Below are positions 10,515-23,369 of a stretch of DNA of 64,000 nt, in pieces (positions within the stretch are counted from its first letter, which is position 1; each line of letters starts with the position of its first letter). The position numbers were made by a program, and so were the translations under genes. A model generated the notes under the pieces. That model did no database searches. It was not told the DNA's origin and saw nothing but the letters and a program-made list of their open reading frames with translations. Source of the stretch: Gordius albopunctatus (taxonomy: Eukaryota); assembly GCA_964276515.1 (NCBI GenBank), contig OZ193910.1:4340001-4404000 (forward strand). Reading direction: 5' to 3'.

Positions 10515-13211
10515 ATCAGTTCTGATCAAAATGTAAGGTGTAGAAAACAAATCGGTAGGGATATGTTGTTTAGTGTTAGGCTGACGTGGTGGTGAAAAAC
10601 GTACGTTGTCGAAATGTTTTCTAAGTCGTTGTACAAACTTGCTAGCATTGCTGTCGAGTAACGAATGTTGTATGAAGTCGCCCGGAAGACGTAAGGTAGT
10701 CCCATATACTAGTTCGGCACTAGAACAGGCTAGATCTTCTTTGATTGTCGTTCTAATGCCTAGTAATATCAACGGAAGTGATTCGGACCATTTGTTAGTG
10801 TTGTTTTTTGCCATTATCGAACTCTTTAATTGACGATGGAAACGTTCGACCAGCCCATTGGCTTGTGGTTGATAGGCAGTTGTAGTTATGTGATGATAAC
10901 CAAGAAGTTGGGAAAATTGTCGGAATAGCGTTGAACGAAACTGCGATCCTCTGTCGGTAGTTATCGTGCTTGGGACGCCGAAGTTTGCTATCCAATGTGT
11001 TAAAAATGTACTACTTACAGTTTCGGCAGAGGTATCTTTTATAGGTATTGCTATTGGCCACCGGGTGTATCTATCTATGGCTGTAAAAATGTAGTTGTAA
11101 CCATTGGATGGTGGTAAGGGGCCAACGATGTCTAGGTGGACATGGCTGAATCGAGCATCTGGTTGGTTAAATATACCTGGCGTAGAAATAACATGTTTAT
11201 GTATTTTGCTGACCTGGCAATTATGACATTGCTGAGCCCATCTTCGTACATCATGATTCATTTTAGGCCAGACAAAACGTTTTGAAATAAGTTTTAAGGT
11301 TGAATTGATACCCGGATGTGATAATCCGTGATATTGATTAAAAACTGTAGGTCGCAAGGTAGCAGGTATCAGGGGTCGAGGCGTTGCTTGAGAGACATCA
11401 CAAATGATATTTTGTTTGGAATCTGGTATTGGGAATTGTTCCAATATTAAGGATTTCATTTCATCATTTGTGTAATTTTCAAGTTTTTGTCTCGTAGCTA
11501 TTAGTTCCAGCAATGACTGTGATGCTAGGAGTTGGATTGTATCAATGTCTGTACTTGACAGAGTATCCGCCACAATGTTTGTATTACCTCGGATGTATTG
11601 GATGTCCGATGTGAATTGAGATATGTAGTCCAGCTGACGAATTTCACGAGGAGAGTATTTGTCTGAATTAGCCTTAAGTGCATAAGTTAAGGGCTTGTGG
11701 TCAGTATATACTGTGAAATGTCGTCCTTCGAGAACATGGTTATAATATTTTATCATGAGATAAATGGCCAGTAGTTCTCGGCTGAAGGTGCTATAGCGTG
11801 TTTGAGTTAGTGAAAGTTTCTTTGAGGAGAAAGCGAGCGGTAGAATATCACCGTTTGAAGTTTGTTGTTGGAGAACTCCTCCTACGGCGTAATTTGAAGC
11901 GCCCGTAGTAAGTGATATTTTTTTCCTTTCGTCTAAATGATATAGACTAGTTATTTGTTTAAGAGCCTTTTTTGCCTGAATAAATGCTTCATTTGCTTCT
12001 TGTGCTAACTCTATTGGTCTTTTGGTGTCGTCAAGTTGATCGGTTAAAGGTTTGAGGATATCTGCACATTTAGGAATAAACCGTCGATAAAAATTTATCA
12101 TGCCAATAAATCTTCTCAATTGTGTCATTGTAGTTGGGATCGGAAATTTGTCAATTGTGTCTATTTTATCGGGTATAGGTTTTAACCCTTGAGACGTGAC
12201 GATGTGTCCTAAAAATTGAATTTCCTTTACACCCCATTTACATTTTTGTAAGTTGACATTTATACCATTATCGAATAATCGTTGGATTACCTGTTCGACG
12301 TGGATTTTGTGTTCTTTAAGAGAAGAACTGGCAATTAAGATGTCATCCAAATAAGTAAATGTGTTATTCAATCCTCTGAGAACATTATCTATGAATCTTT
12401 GAAATGATTGTGCGGCATTTCTGAGCCCGAAAGGCATGCGTAAAAATTCAAAAAGACCGAAAGGGGTTGTGATGGCGGTTTTTTTGATGTCTTCAGGTGC
12501 CATTGGGATTTGATGATAAGCTCTTATTAAATCTAATTTAGTGAATATACTTTTTCCTTTCATGGAGAAGGAAAAATCATGTATGTGGGGTAGAGGATAA
12601 CGATCGGGAATTGTTTTTATATTGAGGGCTCGATAATCTCCACATGGTCTCCACTCATTGTTCTTTTTTGGTACCATGTGGAGTGGTGAAGCCCAGCAGC
12701 TATTGGATGCTCTGATGATGCCTGAATTCAACAGTTTCTCCTCATTCAACCGTCTTGGTTTGGAGGATATTGGAGGTCCTTTTGTTTCTATATGATGTTG
12801 TGTATTATGTTTTACTTTTGGCGTATATACTGTAGGTTTGAAAACAGCTGGGAATTTTTTTAATAGCCAATTAAATTCCGGGGGATTTACTACAGCTAAT
12901 TGTGAGTTTACAGCAATCTGTTTGACCGGTGTAATTGGTGATTCGATCAGTTGTTTTTTTGAAATATTAATAATAAAGTTAAAATTATTTAAAAAATCAG
13001 CTCCTAATATTGGGAATTTTACGTCGGCTATTGTAAAAATCCATTGATAGGATCTTTTAAGGCCTAAGTCTAACGTTAACAATTTTTGGCCAAAAGTTTT
13101 TATGGTGCTTGCATTGGCAGCTTGAAGCTGTATATTGGAACAATTAAGTCTTTCATATTTGGTTGCCGGTATTACACTAATTTCTGCGCCGGTGTCGACT
13201 AAAAAATTCAT
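10515..13211 (-). pseudogene. Gypsy pol ORF (~900 codons open): protease, RT, RNase H, integrase
   Basis: Motifs FLVDTGA, DYRALN, MPFGL and YLDD are present. RNase H reads TTGAS, with the catalytic Asp of TDAS replaced. H2C2, HLDIVGP, TTDRG and ERFH follow. The ORF is truncated before the GPY/F region. Confidence 0.9.
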
Positions 13212-13764
13212 AGTAGAAGAATTATCATACGATGTCTTGAAAAAGATCGTGATCGTAATTTTTGTACATCTCTTTTTAGTGTGTCAACTGCGATATTTAG
13301 GTTTTTAACGAGCTCTTTTAGTTCCTCCAACTCTTTATTCAGACTAGGATTTAGAGAATTAATTATTGGGTTTACGTGGTATGTAGCAGCTATCTTATCT
13401 GCGATTTCTGCCAATTTTGTTGGAGATTGGTCTTGGGTAAAAATAGATAGTATACCGGTCATTGTGGTTGGTAGTTTATCCATCCAGAGTTGTTTGAGTA
13501 TAGTATCGTCCATTGTATGTTTACCTAATAAGTTTTTCATATAACGCAATAACTGCTTGTATTTCTGTCGTGACCTCATGAGGAAGGTTTTCAATTAGGT
13601 AACCTAATTTGGTAAATTCACTTTTAATTTTTCGTATTTTAAAGAGAGATTCAATTTGAATAAACCAAATTGTTGGGTTTAAGTTGTTAAACGTGGGTAG
13701 CTTGAAGTATATCGAATTTTCGCCAGTTGAATCTTAATCCATTTGTTTAGTTTCCATTTTCGGA

Positions 13765-13777
13765 GTCGGGGTCACCA
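13765..13777 (-). promoter_or_regulatory. Primer-binding site complementary to the tRNA-Trp 3' end
   Basis: Minus strand TGGTGACCCCGAC lies 2 nt after the LTR-terminal CA. Eukaryotic tRNA-Trp ends ...GUCGGGGUCACCA. Confidence 0.85.
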
Positions 13778-13779
13778 TT

Positions 13780-14233
13780 TGTTGCTTCTCAAGTCCTATA
13801 TAGTAAAATAAATATAGTATTTATTAAACAAAAAAATGTAGGAGAACAAACAACTATTTTATTTCCAAATAATAGAAAGCAAAACAAATGAATAAATACT
13901 TTTCAAATATCGCCTCTATATACACATCTGGCGAGGTTATTTGTGTGAATAATAACGTTGAATTGTCAGACATTCAAATACTTTAATGTATTCACTTTTA
14001 TGATTAAGGTGTATGAATACTTGAATAATAAAGGTTAAGTTTTTTTCCTAGGTAACCGATGCGAGTTGCTTTATTCAAATTGCCTAGGTAACCATAAGTG
14101 CCTTAAACAAACCATTAATTAGGAATCTCCCGCAGACGATAAATAGTTTCTCAACCATTTATTCACATCACTAATTAAATTACATTTTATTCTCACCACT
14201 AATTAGATTCATTCAAAAAATTAATTGGCAACA
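13780..14233 (-). repeat. 5' LTR (454 bp) of the second Gypsy element
   Basis: Bounded by inverted termini TGTTGC...GCAACA and abuts the PBS. A TATATAGA box and AATAAA are present on the minus strand. Confidence 0.8.
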
Positions 14234-15296
14234 TACAACAATTATTATAGGTGTATATTGACAATTTTTGCTGCGCTGAAAAATCCCTGCCTTTTATTCA
14301 TTATATATTATAAAGTTTTGCCTTCATCTAATAATAATTTCAGCTTCTATTCAGCAATTTAAAGACTATTTTGAGCTCGCGTACCATAGATAGCGCAATC
14401 ATCTCTCCATTTTTCCTAGTGTATTTTAATTTTAAATAACCGTCTGATTTACAAAATTTGCAAATACTTATTATTATTCACAAAATTTTGTTTTAGGTAA
14501 AATTTCCGCTAGTTCGGTGTTCTTGTTACATTTATTTAAATTATTAAGTCCATGCTTATCATTTATATTTTTGTACTATTGATTTAATTAAATGTTACCT
14601 TTAAGCTTTCATAACCATATTGTATTTAACAAATTAATTCTTAACCCCTCGCATTCTATTAAATTTTGCTATTTTTATAGAGCAATGTTGAAAAATAAGA
14701 ATTTATTTTTACATGTTAACATGTCATTTATAATGTAAAAATACACTTAGATTTATTATTTAATCTTAGTTCTTAGAATACTCATTATCAAAGATATATA
14801 TTTTTATTATTCAAAATTGAGTTCAGAGAAATTCTAATAATGTCCTACATTTGTCTAAGTTATTTTGCTATCTTAGGGACAAGGGAAACATCTAATAATC
14901 AATTTAATTCAAATCAACATCTGTCTTATACAGATTTAATTTGAAGTCAGAATAATTTACAAACTAATATCCTTGAATATGCTTCTAAAACTTAATGTTG
15001 GTAATACACTTTAGGCTAAAGGAAAAGTTTTTTAACACATTTGTCACTTAAACAATGCTAAAAAGTATGTTCCTGTCATAAAAACAACCATAAAATATAA
15101 CTGGCTGTATTTTGCCTAACTTGCTTTTGATTTAAAAATTTTTTAACAGTTTTGATTCTTGGTTTAATATGTTTTAGCATGTTTTTCATATAATGATTTG
15201 TAAATAAACTATTAGTAATAAAAAAATTAACATAATTATTTGAAGATTTTTAAACCTTAATTCTATTTAATCTATGAATGTTTTATATAATCCTAT

Positions 15297-15445
15297 CATA
15301 GACGTAACCAGGTTTTGGATTAGGGGGGGGCAAAACAATTGAAAGTTCAATTAGAAGTGGGCAAAACAAAATGTTTCAAAGTTTTTGCATTGAAATTTTT
15401 TTGTAAATTAGGTGGGGGGGCCTGCCCCCCCTGGCTACGCCCATG
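15297..15445. mobile_element. MITE family 1 (TIR CATGGGCGTAGCCAG, G/C runs), hAT-type 8-bp TSD
   Basis: CATAGACGTAACCAG...CTGGCTACGCCCATG with a perfect TSD AATCCTAT at 15289-15296 and 15446-15453. Confidence 0.88.
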
Positions 15446-16467
15446 AATCCTATAGTGTTTTATGTTCTCAATTCAAATCTAATTATTTAGAAATTAAAAG
15501 ATATATAAAATCTTCAGAACAATTTTTTTTAGCATAACTTGAAATTCTATGCAAATATTTGAATGATTGTTAGCTAAAAATTTGTTTATTTACAAATCTC
15601 TCATAAAGATATTTATAAAATGTTTTAAGGAATCAGTAAGAGGACATTTTTGTTTGGTTTATTTCTTTCCAAGTTTAATACCCTACACATAGACCGCTCT
15701 AATTTTACCCTCAGTTTCATTTCACCCTAACCAAGTATAAAGTGAGGCTTATTAGACTAAGAAATTATAAAATAATAGAACCAATGCTTGCTATGATAAA
15801 TGAAAACAATTCATCATCAATTCTTTCAGCTTTAAGGTATAAATATTAGTTTTTTATTTTTTAAAGTTTTTACAAATATTTTAAGATTTAAGAAGCCTGT
15901 ATGAGCGAAATATCGTTTTCAATCAAGCCAAAATTGTTATTAATTAGGCACAAATCCTACTTGGCATCACTTTACGTTCTCGCGATCACTTAATATATCA
16001 TACATATCCTTAGGCAATAACTTGCAATATTTTTTCAAGCGTGCAACTATAATTTGTACTTAATACCCCTGAGGTGCACGACTGGGTTGCCAATCGTCAT
16101 CTAAACTGTTATGAGGTTTACTCCTAAATAGTGGAAACAAATAAATATTAAATATTAGTTGTTAAAATTTTATTTTTTTCTCCATATTTGCTTCTTCTAT
16201 TATGAATTGTTTTCAGAAATTGAAATTAACATAGAATCCCTCCTGATATAATGCGTTTTTGAGCTAAACAAACAATGCGTTAAATTTATTTGTAACTCAT
16301 ATATAATTTAATGCACTACTGATTCATTTATCGCGTTCGACGAACTTTTAAAAAATAGGTTTTACCTTTCGTGACTCATATAGGCGTGGTAAAAGGCCAA
16401 AATTGCATCCTCTTTTTACGGTTGGAGATCAACTTTTAAAAAATCCTAAATATTTTGTGCACATTCT

Positions 16468-16979
16468 CACGGACGTAGCCAGGATGGTATTTAGAGCAGA
16501 AGTCAGATTTGTTAGAATTTTTCTGCCCGAACCCGGCGCGACCCAATTTTATAATTAATCTGCCCGCCCGAGTCCGCCCCTGCAATGTCCGAATTTTCTG
16601 AACTGCCCGGCCTGAAATGGTCTGTTTTAAAATTTAGGCACCAATATCGTTATATTTTTAAAAAAATTTCATCCTAATTTTTGATTTTTTTTAAATGAGA
16701 CCTAGGATTAACAAACATTACGAAATCAATTTAAAAAATGGCAAAAATATACACAAAAACAATATAATACATTATTTTGAAAACAAAATTGAGCCCAAAT
16801 TGCCCGAACCTTGTTATGGTGCCCGCCCGTAACTTAAAATTTACGATGCAGGTTCGGGCAGCGAGCCGGGTAGGGCAAATCTGGTCTCTGATTTAGCGAA
16901 ATTTTCACCACAATTTCATAAATTTTTTTATTTAGAGGGGGTAGTCATCCCTCTCTGCCACCCCATAGCTACGCCCATG
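16468..16979. mobile_element. MITE family 1 copy containing a nested MITE
   Basis: CACGGACGTAGCCAG...TAGCTACGCCCATG. Confidence 0.75.
16497..16890. mobile_element. hAT-type MITE with GCCCG subterminal repeats
   Basis: Ends CAGAAGTCAGATTTG and CAAATCTGGTCTCTG. TSD ATTTAGAG/ATTTAGCG (7/8). Confidence 0.8.
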
Positions 16980-17821
16980 TATATTTTATTTGTTTAAACT
17001 CAATTATTTCTAATATATATAAAAATACATTTTTTTGTTAGAGGAATGAAAAAATTAAGTATTGGAATGCTCTCAGATATGGTTTTGTAAACGATCACAA
17101 CGGAACATGTTAGATTTTCTTAGCTATAAAGTACCACTTAAAATGCAGTTTTATCACGTTAAATTAATCGAACTTTAGTTTTGTTTGTGCAACTGAATAA
17201 GTCAACACCGCGTCGAGTTCGAGTCTAAATTTTAGCAGACATCATTTGTGTTTGTATAACAACCGATTGCTTTCTAACTGCATGCATCCTAGCTAGGCTA
17301 TCAAAACACTGCATGACTTTCACTCCTTTCCCCCCTATTAAATTTTTCCTATGATGAATAGCTGTGAATTTTATGTATGGTGGTTAATTGGTTGATATTT
17401 AAAATGCGCAATTATTATTAGCTCCAAAATGACTTCATTAAAATATATAGAAAAGCAAGTTTTAAAGCTAACCTTTTTTCTATTGATGGTAGTGGATAAA
17501 TTGAAAGTTACCGTTATAAATCAATCTTTTCCCCTAGCCCAAAAACCTGGATTTATGCGCCGCATGTCTTTGCGTACGTTGGGACAATTTTACCCCAGCA
17601 GCACGCACCTCGAATTAAGGTTAAGGAGATAATGATAGGTAGAAACGCCTGCTGCTACTAGTTATATTTATATATTTTCCCCGCACAACCCTTAAATAAT
17701 GTTTGCTCCCATTATAAAATTAAAATATGGTTTGGGCTTGAATGATTTCGCGAGCACTCTGAAAAAAACCCTTTTAATTCCACAGCGGGCCACTCTTTTT
17801 TAGCCAGTTTATTGTCTGAAC

Positions 17822-18024
17822 TAGAGTTGTTAAGTTGCTAACTTTCTTCAACTCCAGCTACCATCTGCTCGAGTTTCTGCTCGGCCCTCGAGCATTTTTA
17901 TATGCTACTGCTCTACCTAGTGCACCGAACAGCGAGCTCATATTGTGCTAACGCCTATATTAAGCAACTCAGTGTGCGTGCTCGCGTCTGGAGTTTGAAG
18001 AAAGCTAGCAATTTAACAACTCTA
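17822..18024. mobile_element. hAT-type MITE with ~36-bp TIRs
   Basis: TAGAGTTGTTAAGTTGCTAACTTTCTTCAACTCCAG with its inverted copy at the other end. Perfect TSD GTCTGAAC fits the hobo/Hermes GTnnnnAC preference. Confidence 0.92.
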
Positions 18025-18052
18025 GTCTGAACGTGTAGCTTTTTGCCATATA

Positions 18053-18180
18053 ATAGGGACGTTGCCCCAGCATTGGGATTAGGGGGGGGGGGGGGCAAAA
18101 TGATCATTTTTTGAAATTATAGCCATAATTTTAATAAATTTCAACAAATTTTTGGATCTAAAGGGGTGGCTACGCCCATG
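18053..18180. mobile_element. MITE family 1 copy (degenerate left end)
   Basis: Contains GGATTAG(G)nCAAAA and ends GGCTACGCCCATG. Confidence 0.65.
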
Positions 18181-18434
18181 ATTTGACATTATACAGCTAT
18201 TTGTAGTTCCCTTCACTACTTTCACATTGACGTGCATGCCCTACGGCCTACAACTTACGCACGTCGTCACATACAACAACAACCAGAGCACTGCAAACAT
18301 CCTAGTTTCATTATTACTAATCGATTTTTAAATGTGCGCTTTTGCAGCAAGGGGGGGGGGGCTTAGTTTGACTGAACCAGAAACCAAGATGTTGGAGTGT
18401 AATGATAGTTAATGTCGTTTGTCTTACTACCTAG

Positions 18435-19426
18435 TAGAGACCGGCCCGTGGGCCGGGCCTGGACGGGCTTCTGCTTAAAAATAAAATAACGGGCCGGGTC
18501 TAGATAAACTTAAGGCGGCCCGTTAGAAGCCCGTGACAAAAACAATTAGATATAGCATAAAGTAAGGTGTTTTTATAATGTTCTAATTTATAATTAATTT
18601 ATGTCATATTAAATTAACAAGGTCAAGTTAAATTTTATCTACATCTTAGTTCATTAATTCATCAATATCTCCTCAACCCGCATTGTAAATGTTAAAGATA
18701 TTTATACACGAGATCCCATGGGCATGGCCAATTCAAATTAGAGGGCATTTAGGCAGGGTAAAAATGTTTTTTAGATCAAAAATTTTTCGATTTGGAGGGA
18801 GGGGGGCAGCTCCCCATCCTTGCCTCCCCACTTATGCCCTCTAGCAATATTGAGTGAATTGATTTAATATTATGTAAGATTATTTATATATATACTCATT
18901 ACCAAATTTAAAAACAAAATTTAAAATTTATTTCTTCAAGTTACTTATGTAAAATATCACTGTTTTTTTTTATTTTTATCAATAACCTAAAAATCTAATG
19001 GTGGGTAAGGGTTTCAAAAGTCTATTTAGCTTATATAGTTTATGTATCCCGAAGTGCCATTTGTAAAAAATTATTTTATCTGTAAGTCGCCTAGAACTGC
19101 AAACTCCCTTTTTTTCAACCCGAATTCGACCCGACCCAAATTTTTTAAAAATTTTCAACCCGAATCCGACCTGAAAACATTTTAAAATTTTCAACCCTAA
19201 CCCGGGGGTCCGGTTTCGGGTCACCCGTGCAGGTCTCTAAGGTCGCCTGCTAAAAGATAGAAGATTTAGTCAGATCTTGAATTACAAATTTATTATTTTT
19301 GCAATATTTTTATTAACAAAATTTAGCGGGCCGGGCCCGGGCAATTTATTATTTTGACGGGCCGGGCTTTTAAATTTTTATTATGGGTGGGCCCACTGAC
19401 CTAAACAGGCCCGTAGCAGGTCTCTA
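18435..19426. mobile_element. hAT non-autonomous element related to the 4541 element; hosts two nested MITEs
   Basis: Ends TAGAGACCGGC and GCAGGTCTCTA, with GGGCCG/GGCCCG subterminal clusters at both ends. It contains a degenerate family-1 MITE (~18717-18841) and the 19092 MITE. No TSD is visible. Confidence 0.7.
19092..19239. mobile_element. Short hAT MITE with ACCCG repeats
   Basis: TAGAACTGCA...TGCAGGTCTCTA with TSD AAGTCGCC/AGGTCGCC (7/8). Confidence 0.8.
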
Positions 19427-20111
19427 TGTTTTTTTAATTGCTATGTAATTTATGGGATCGCTTTTTGGTGTCCGTTGTCCGTCCTTTCAACTTTCTGACT
19501 TGCTGGTTCGATACCCGGAGTGGACAAATTTTTTTTTAAATTAAATTAATATATTATTCTTATTAATACCATTGATAATATGACTTTTTGGCCGTCCGCT
19601 GGCTACTGACCAGTGGAAAAAATGTCCATGGGCCAAAGTGAGATTAAAATCGATTTTTTCCCTTGATTATAATTATAGGCTAGTTATTTGGCTGTCTACT
19701 AACCATTAGAAAAGATCACCACTGGCCAAAGTGATGGAAAATTTTTATAAATAATTAACTAATCATTTTACATTTAATACGCCCCCCCCCTATAGGCATT
19801 CTCGCCCATAGATTGCATAGCAAATATGCTACGTTTATACGGAGTACAGATGAGTTTCGTTCCCCCTTCCCCCCTGAACCTCCCTCCCCACTTCCCTCTC
19901 CCTTCCCACGAGGGCCGAAGGCCCGGGTTATTTGTTTGCAAAGGATTTAAATATTTAATATTTCGGTCATAGTAGTCCTTTGGTAGAATATCCAAATTTG
20001 TTTATTTATGCGATATAAATGTTATTGGAATAGGTAAAATTTATTGTTGCTACTTTTATTTTTGTTTGAATTAAGATTCGTTGAAAGTTGTTGGATCGAA
20101 TTATTTAATAT

Positions 20112-21143
20112 TAGTGCTGTAAACATTTGTAAAAAAATCGAACGCGTTCCCGTTCACGTTCGTCTAAAAAGAAAAGAAAAGCGTTCACGTTCGTTCAAAA
20201 TTTTATGATACATTTTTTTAAAGTTTAATTTAATATAAATAAATGTCTTATATTTTTTAATACAATAAATAGCCATGATAAAATATAATAGTTTTACTTC
20301 GACAATATAATTATAAATCAATATAATCTATTTTCTTATTTAATTTTAATAATAATTGTTTTTCAAAATTGTCTTCTGATAAGCAGGAACGCTTGGCAGT
20401 TAATACAGCATTAGCTATACTAAAAACCTGCTCCACAGGGGCAGATGAGGGGATTGGAGTATTATACTCAATAAACAAATTTTTTAAAGGAGGAAATTTA
20501 TTAAAAACTTTTAATGTTTTGTCCCTCGCTTCAAAAAATTGCGACAAGATATCATCCTCCAATGCGCTCTCTACTTCCTCGCCAAAAAATGATATCTCGG
20601 AATTGACAGCTCTTTCATTATCAATTCTAGGGGTTTCAATCCCTTTTTTCAATAACACTAAAAGTTTATTCTTTATAGGTTCATTTTAATTATTGAATTT
20701 GATCTTTTATATGAAACGAGTGAAAAATATTTTTCATATTTTGGCCATGGCAATTTCAATTCATCTGCTGATTTTGAATATTCAGAATCTGAAGATGACG
20801 ACGATATAATATTAGTCCATATTAACCTATAAATTAAACTATAATTAATAATATCAAACTAATTAACTTTAATCTTATCTTCTTTTGCACGTTATAGTAT
20901 GTTAAAAGTATTTCGGAATTGGTAATAGCAAACAGGAAAAACAGATGATTAAAAAATATAATACTTTTTTGTTAAAAATTCGTATTGACATTAATTTTCA
21001 AATAAATAAAAACAAAAAAGGGTTTTTTAAATTGAACGAACGTTAAATTCGAACGCGTTCATCAAAAAAGGAACGCGTTCACGTTCAAAGTTCACCAAAA
21101 AATAAAAGAACGCCGTTCATGAACGCGTTCACTTACAGCACTA
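20112..21143 (-). mobile_element. Internally deleted hAT transposon retaining the transposase C-terminal dimerisation domain
   Basis: TIRs TAGTGCTGTAA/TTACAGCACTA, perfect TSD TTTAATAT and GAACG/CGTTC subterminal repeats. ORF 20311-20658 includes FPPLKNLFIEYNTPIPSSAPVEQVFS. Confidence 0.92.
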
Positions 21144-21646
21144 TTTAATATCGATTTTTAAATCTCATTTATTATTAATAAATGTTAGGGTGGCTAAAGG
21201 GGAGAGAGTAACATGACATATATATATGTGTTAATAGGTGGAAACAACAAGCGATAAACTTTACTTTTGAAATGAGGATTAAGACGTGATTTTTAATACC
21301 AAAATCGAGTTCAATCTACTACTACAATATCAACTAAGGCATACTGATGAGCTTCGATATGATCGAAAACCTTATGTCTGTTATCATTTTCATGTCACAT
21401 TCTGAATAAGGTAGACGACGTATGTATTTAGCCAAATCGTCTCTACAAAAATTGCACTTAAGTCTTACTTTACTCGTTGTTTTTGTTACAGTTTAACCTC
21501 TATTTTACATTACGTTCTTCGAAGACGGGCCGATATGGTCCGAAATATAGAATTTCTTGTTAATAATTTTGAGGTAAATAGCGATACAAATCTCGCGATA
21601 GTTTCTAATCGATATCATAGACAACCGCCCATACCTGCCGATTAGT

Positions 21647-21824
21647 CGTGAACGTAGCCAGTATCGGAATTAGAGGGAGGGGGGGGGCAATAATGAATTA
21701 TGGATGGGCAAAATGATCCTTTTTTCCGTAAGGGGAGTAGGCATAATTTAATGAATGTCAACATATTTTTGGATTTCGAAGGGGCAGCCGTCCCTCCCCC
21801 TCTGCCCCCTTGGCTACGCCGATG
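21647..21824. mobile_element. MITE family 1 copy
   Basis: CGTGAACGTAGCCAG...TGGCTACGCCGATG with TSD CGATTAGT/CCATTAGT. Confidence 0.8.
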
Positions 21825-23369
21825 CCATTAGTTAATTATTTCGGTGCAAAAGTTTGCCTTAACCGACAAAGCGAATCGATGATAAGGGGGGGGGAGCCTA
21901 CGTTTTTTACAATCGCGTCCAAACATCGATTTTTGCCCCTTAATAAAATGTCTCGCATAAAAGTACATCGTCCCGTCTCTGCGTCCTTGTAAACATCGAT
22001 TCACTTAGCTCCGAGAGCTCACCCAATTTCCTCCTTTGTACTTTTGAGTTTGCCAGCGTGTACCCAACTGCTTTGACCCAATATCAGTTATGTCGACATT
22101 TTCCATAATAGTTGGCTTTATAAGGTCTTTTTAGATCACCTATTGGGGGCTATCGATAGTTTTTTATTTTTTTTGAAATACGCATCGATGTTTTTAATAT
22201 TAAAGCAGCCCAATTTATTAAATTTATTCGTGAAAGCGATCTATAGAAAACGCCGATAGTAAAACTGTAATTATTATTGCTTAAACACGTTTCACTCCGT
22301 AATTACGTTTTTAAACTTAATTATAGTGGGTGGCTTATTGGTTTTTTCTTGAGTTCTCTTCATTTCATTGTCACATGGAAAGGATTGACACTTTTACCAC
22401 TTAACTTTCACCAACCCCCCCCCCCCACAGCCATTTATTATTATGAATCCGTTGCCCCCCCCCCCCCCCGCCTTGCAAAAATTCTAGTATTTCCCCGATA
22501 AATTCCTTGCCTTCCATTCTATTTCTTCCTTTCCTTTGTCGTTTTAGTAACGCTACCTACTGCAGGCAGGCGTGCTTACTGACTGATGATCTTTGCTCGC
22601 TCGTCATTGCTTTCCTCTTTACCGCCACAACCAACACCCCCTTGACCTATTTATTGTAGTTTGCGCGACTTACCAGCTAGAAATGCCTAAATTCCTCCCG
22701 TTTTTTTACTCGCCCAGCTCGAATCAGATGTTTCGAAATTGAGAGAAATTTCAAGGCTGAAGTTTTCGTAGTAATTCTTAAATATGGCCACTCCTCACCC
22801 GGGTGACTTAATAAAGGTTTTGTGGTGGGGTATATTAGCCAAGTTATTTTTCCTTGAAATTGGGGGAGGTATTATGGCCAAATAGGGGTTTTATTCCTCT
22901 ACACCTCTTTTCTCACACAAATTCTGCCGTTTTTCCTCTTCTCGCCCTACATAATATTAAAAAGAATTAATTCGATTAAATTTTGGGTTCTGGGCCATTA
23001 AAGACGACGATAACGATGCGGACCAAATTTTAATAAATTGTAAGTTTTTAATTTTTTTTGTAAGTAATAGATAGTTATAGATTTATTTGCTAACGATTTT
23101 GAATTCACCTCTAAACTATTACCCACCCCCCTCCCACTTCATCAGGTATTGAGGGCGATGAGGTGAGGTCGCGTTAACGATTTATAAGCTAGCTAATTAT
23201 TATTATCGATTATTTTCCTCTCTTTTTTGTAACTAAATGTTTTCAAAGCCAATTCGTCTTCTTTTTACAGTTTTCGTCCTGCTGTGTTCATTTGCCCAGT
23301 GGGAATTCGTTTCACCAAAACGTCTAGCACCAGCTTAGCTTGACAAATCGGTCAGCCAATCATCCCGAC

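Larger units (their letters stand above)
10515..14233 (-). mobile_element. Ty3/Gypsy LTR retrotransposon (5' LTR, PBS, deleted gag, pol), 3' end lost at the RTE junction
   Basis: LTR 14233-13780 is followed by the PBS. Gag remnants are KLPTFNNLNPTIWFIQIESLF (~13640-13710) and ORF 13208-13594 (LKQLWMDKLP...LAEIADKI). The pol order is PR-RT-RH-IN. Confidence 0.95.

Noticed and set aside
19495..19530. tRNA gene or SINE suggested by B-box GGTTCGATACCC followed by a T-run
   Set aside because: No A-box or cloverleaf could be built, and there is no second copy in the window.
17429..22501. Short ORFs at 17429, 18979, 19774, 20369, 21810 and 22277, plus the antisense ORFs over NPC1 and the retroelements
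   Set aside because: They have no recognisable motifs and overlap MITEs or are shadows of real coding strands.
22784..22885. 33-codon ORF MATPHPG... as the first NPC1 exon
   Set aside because: It ends in a stop and has no homology. The ATG at 23370 joins exon 2 to give a coherent signal peptide, so at most this is a uORF.
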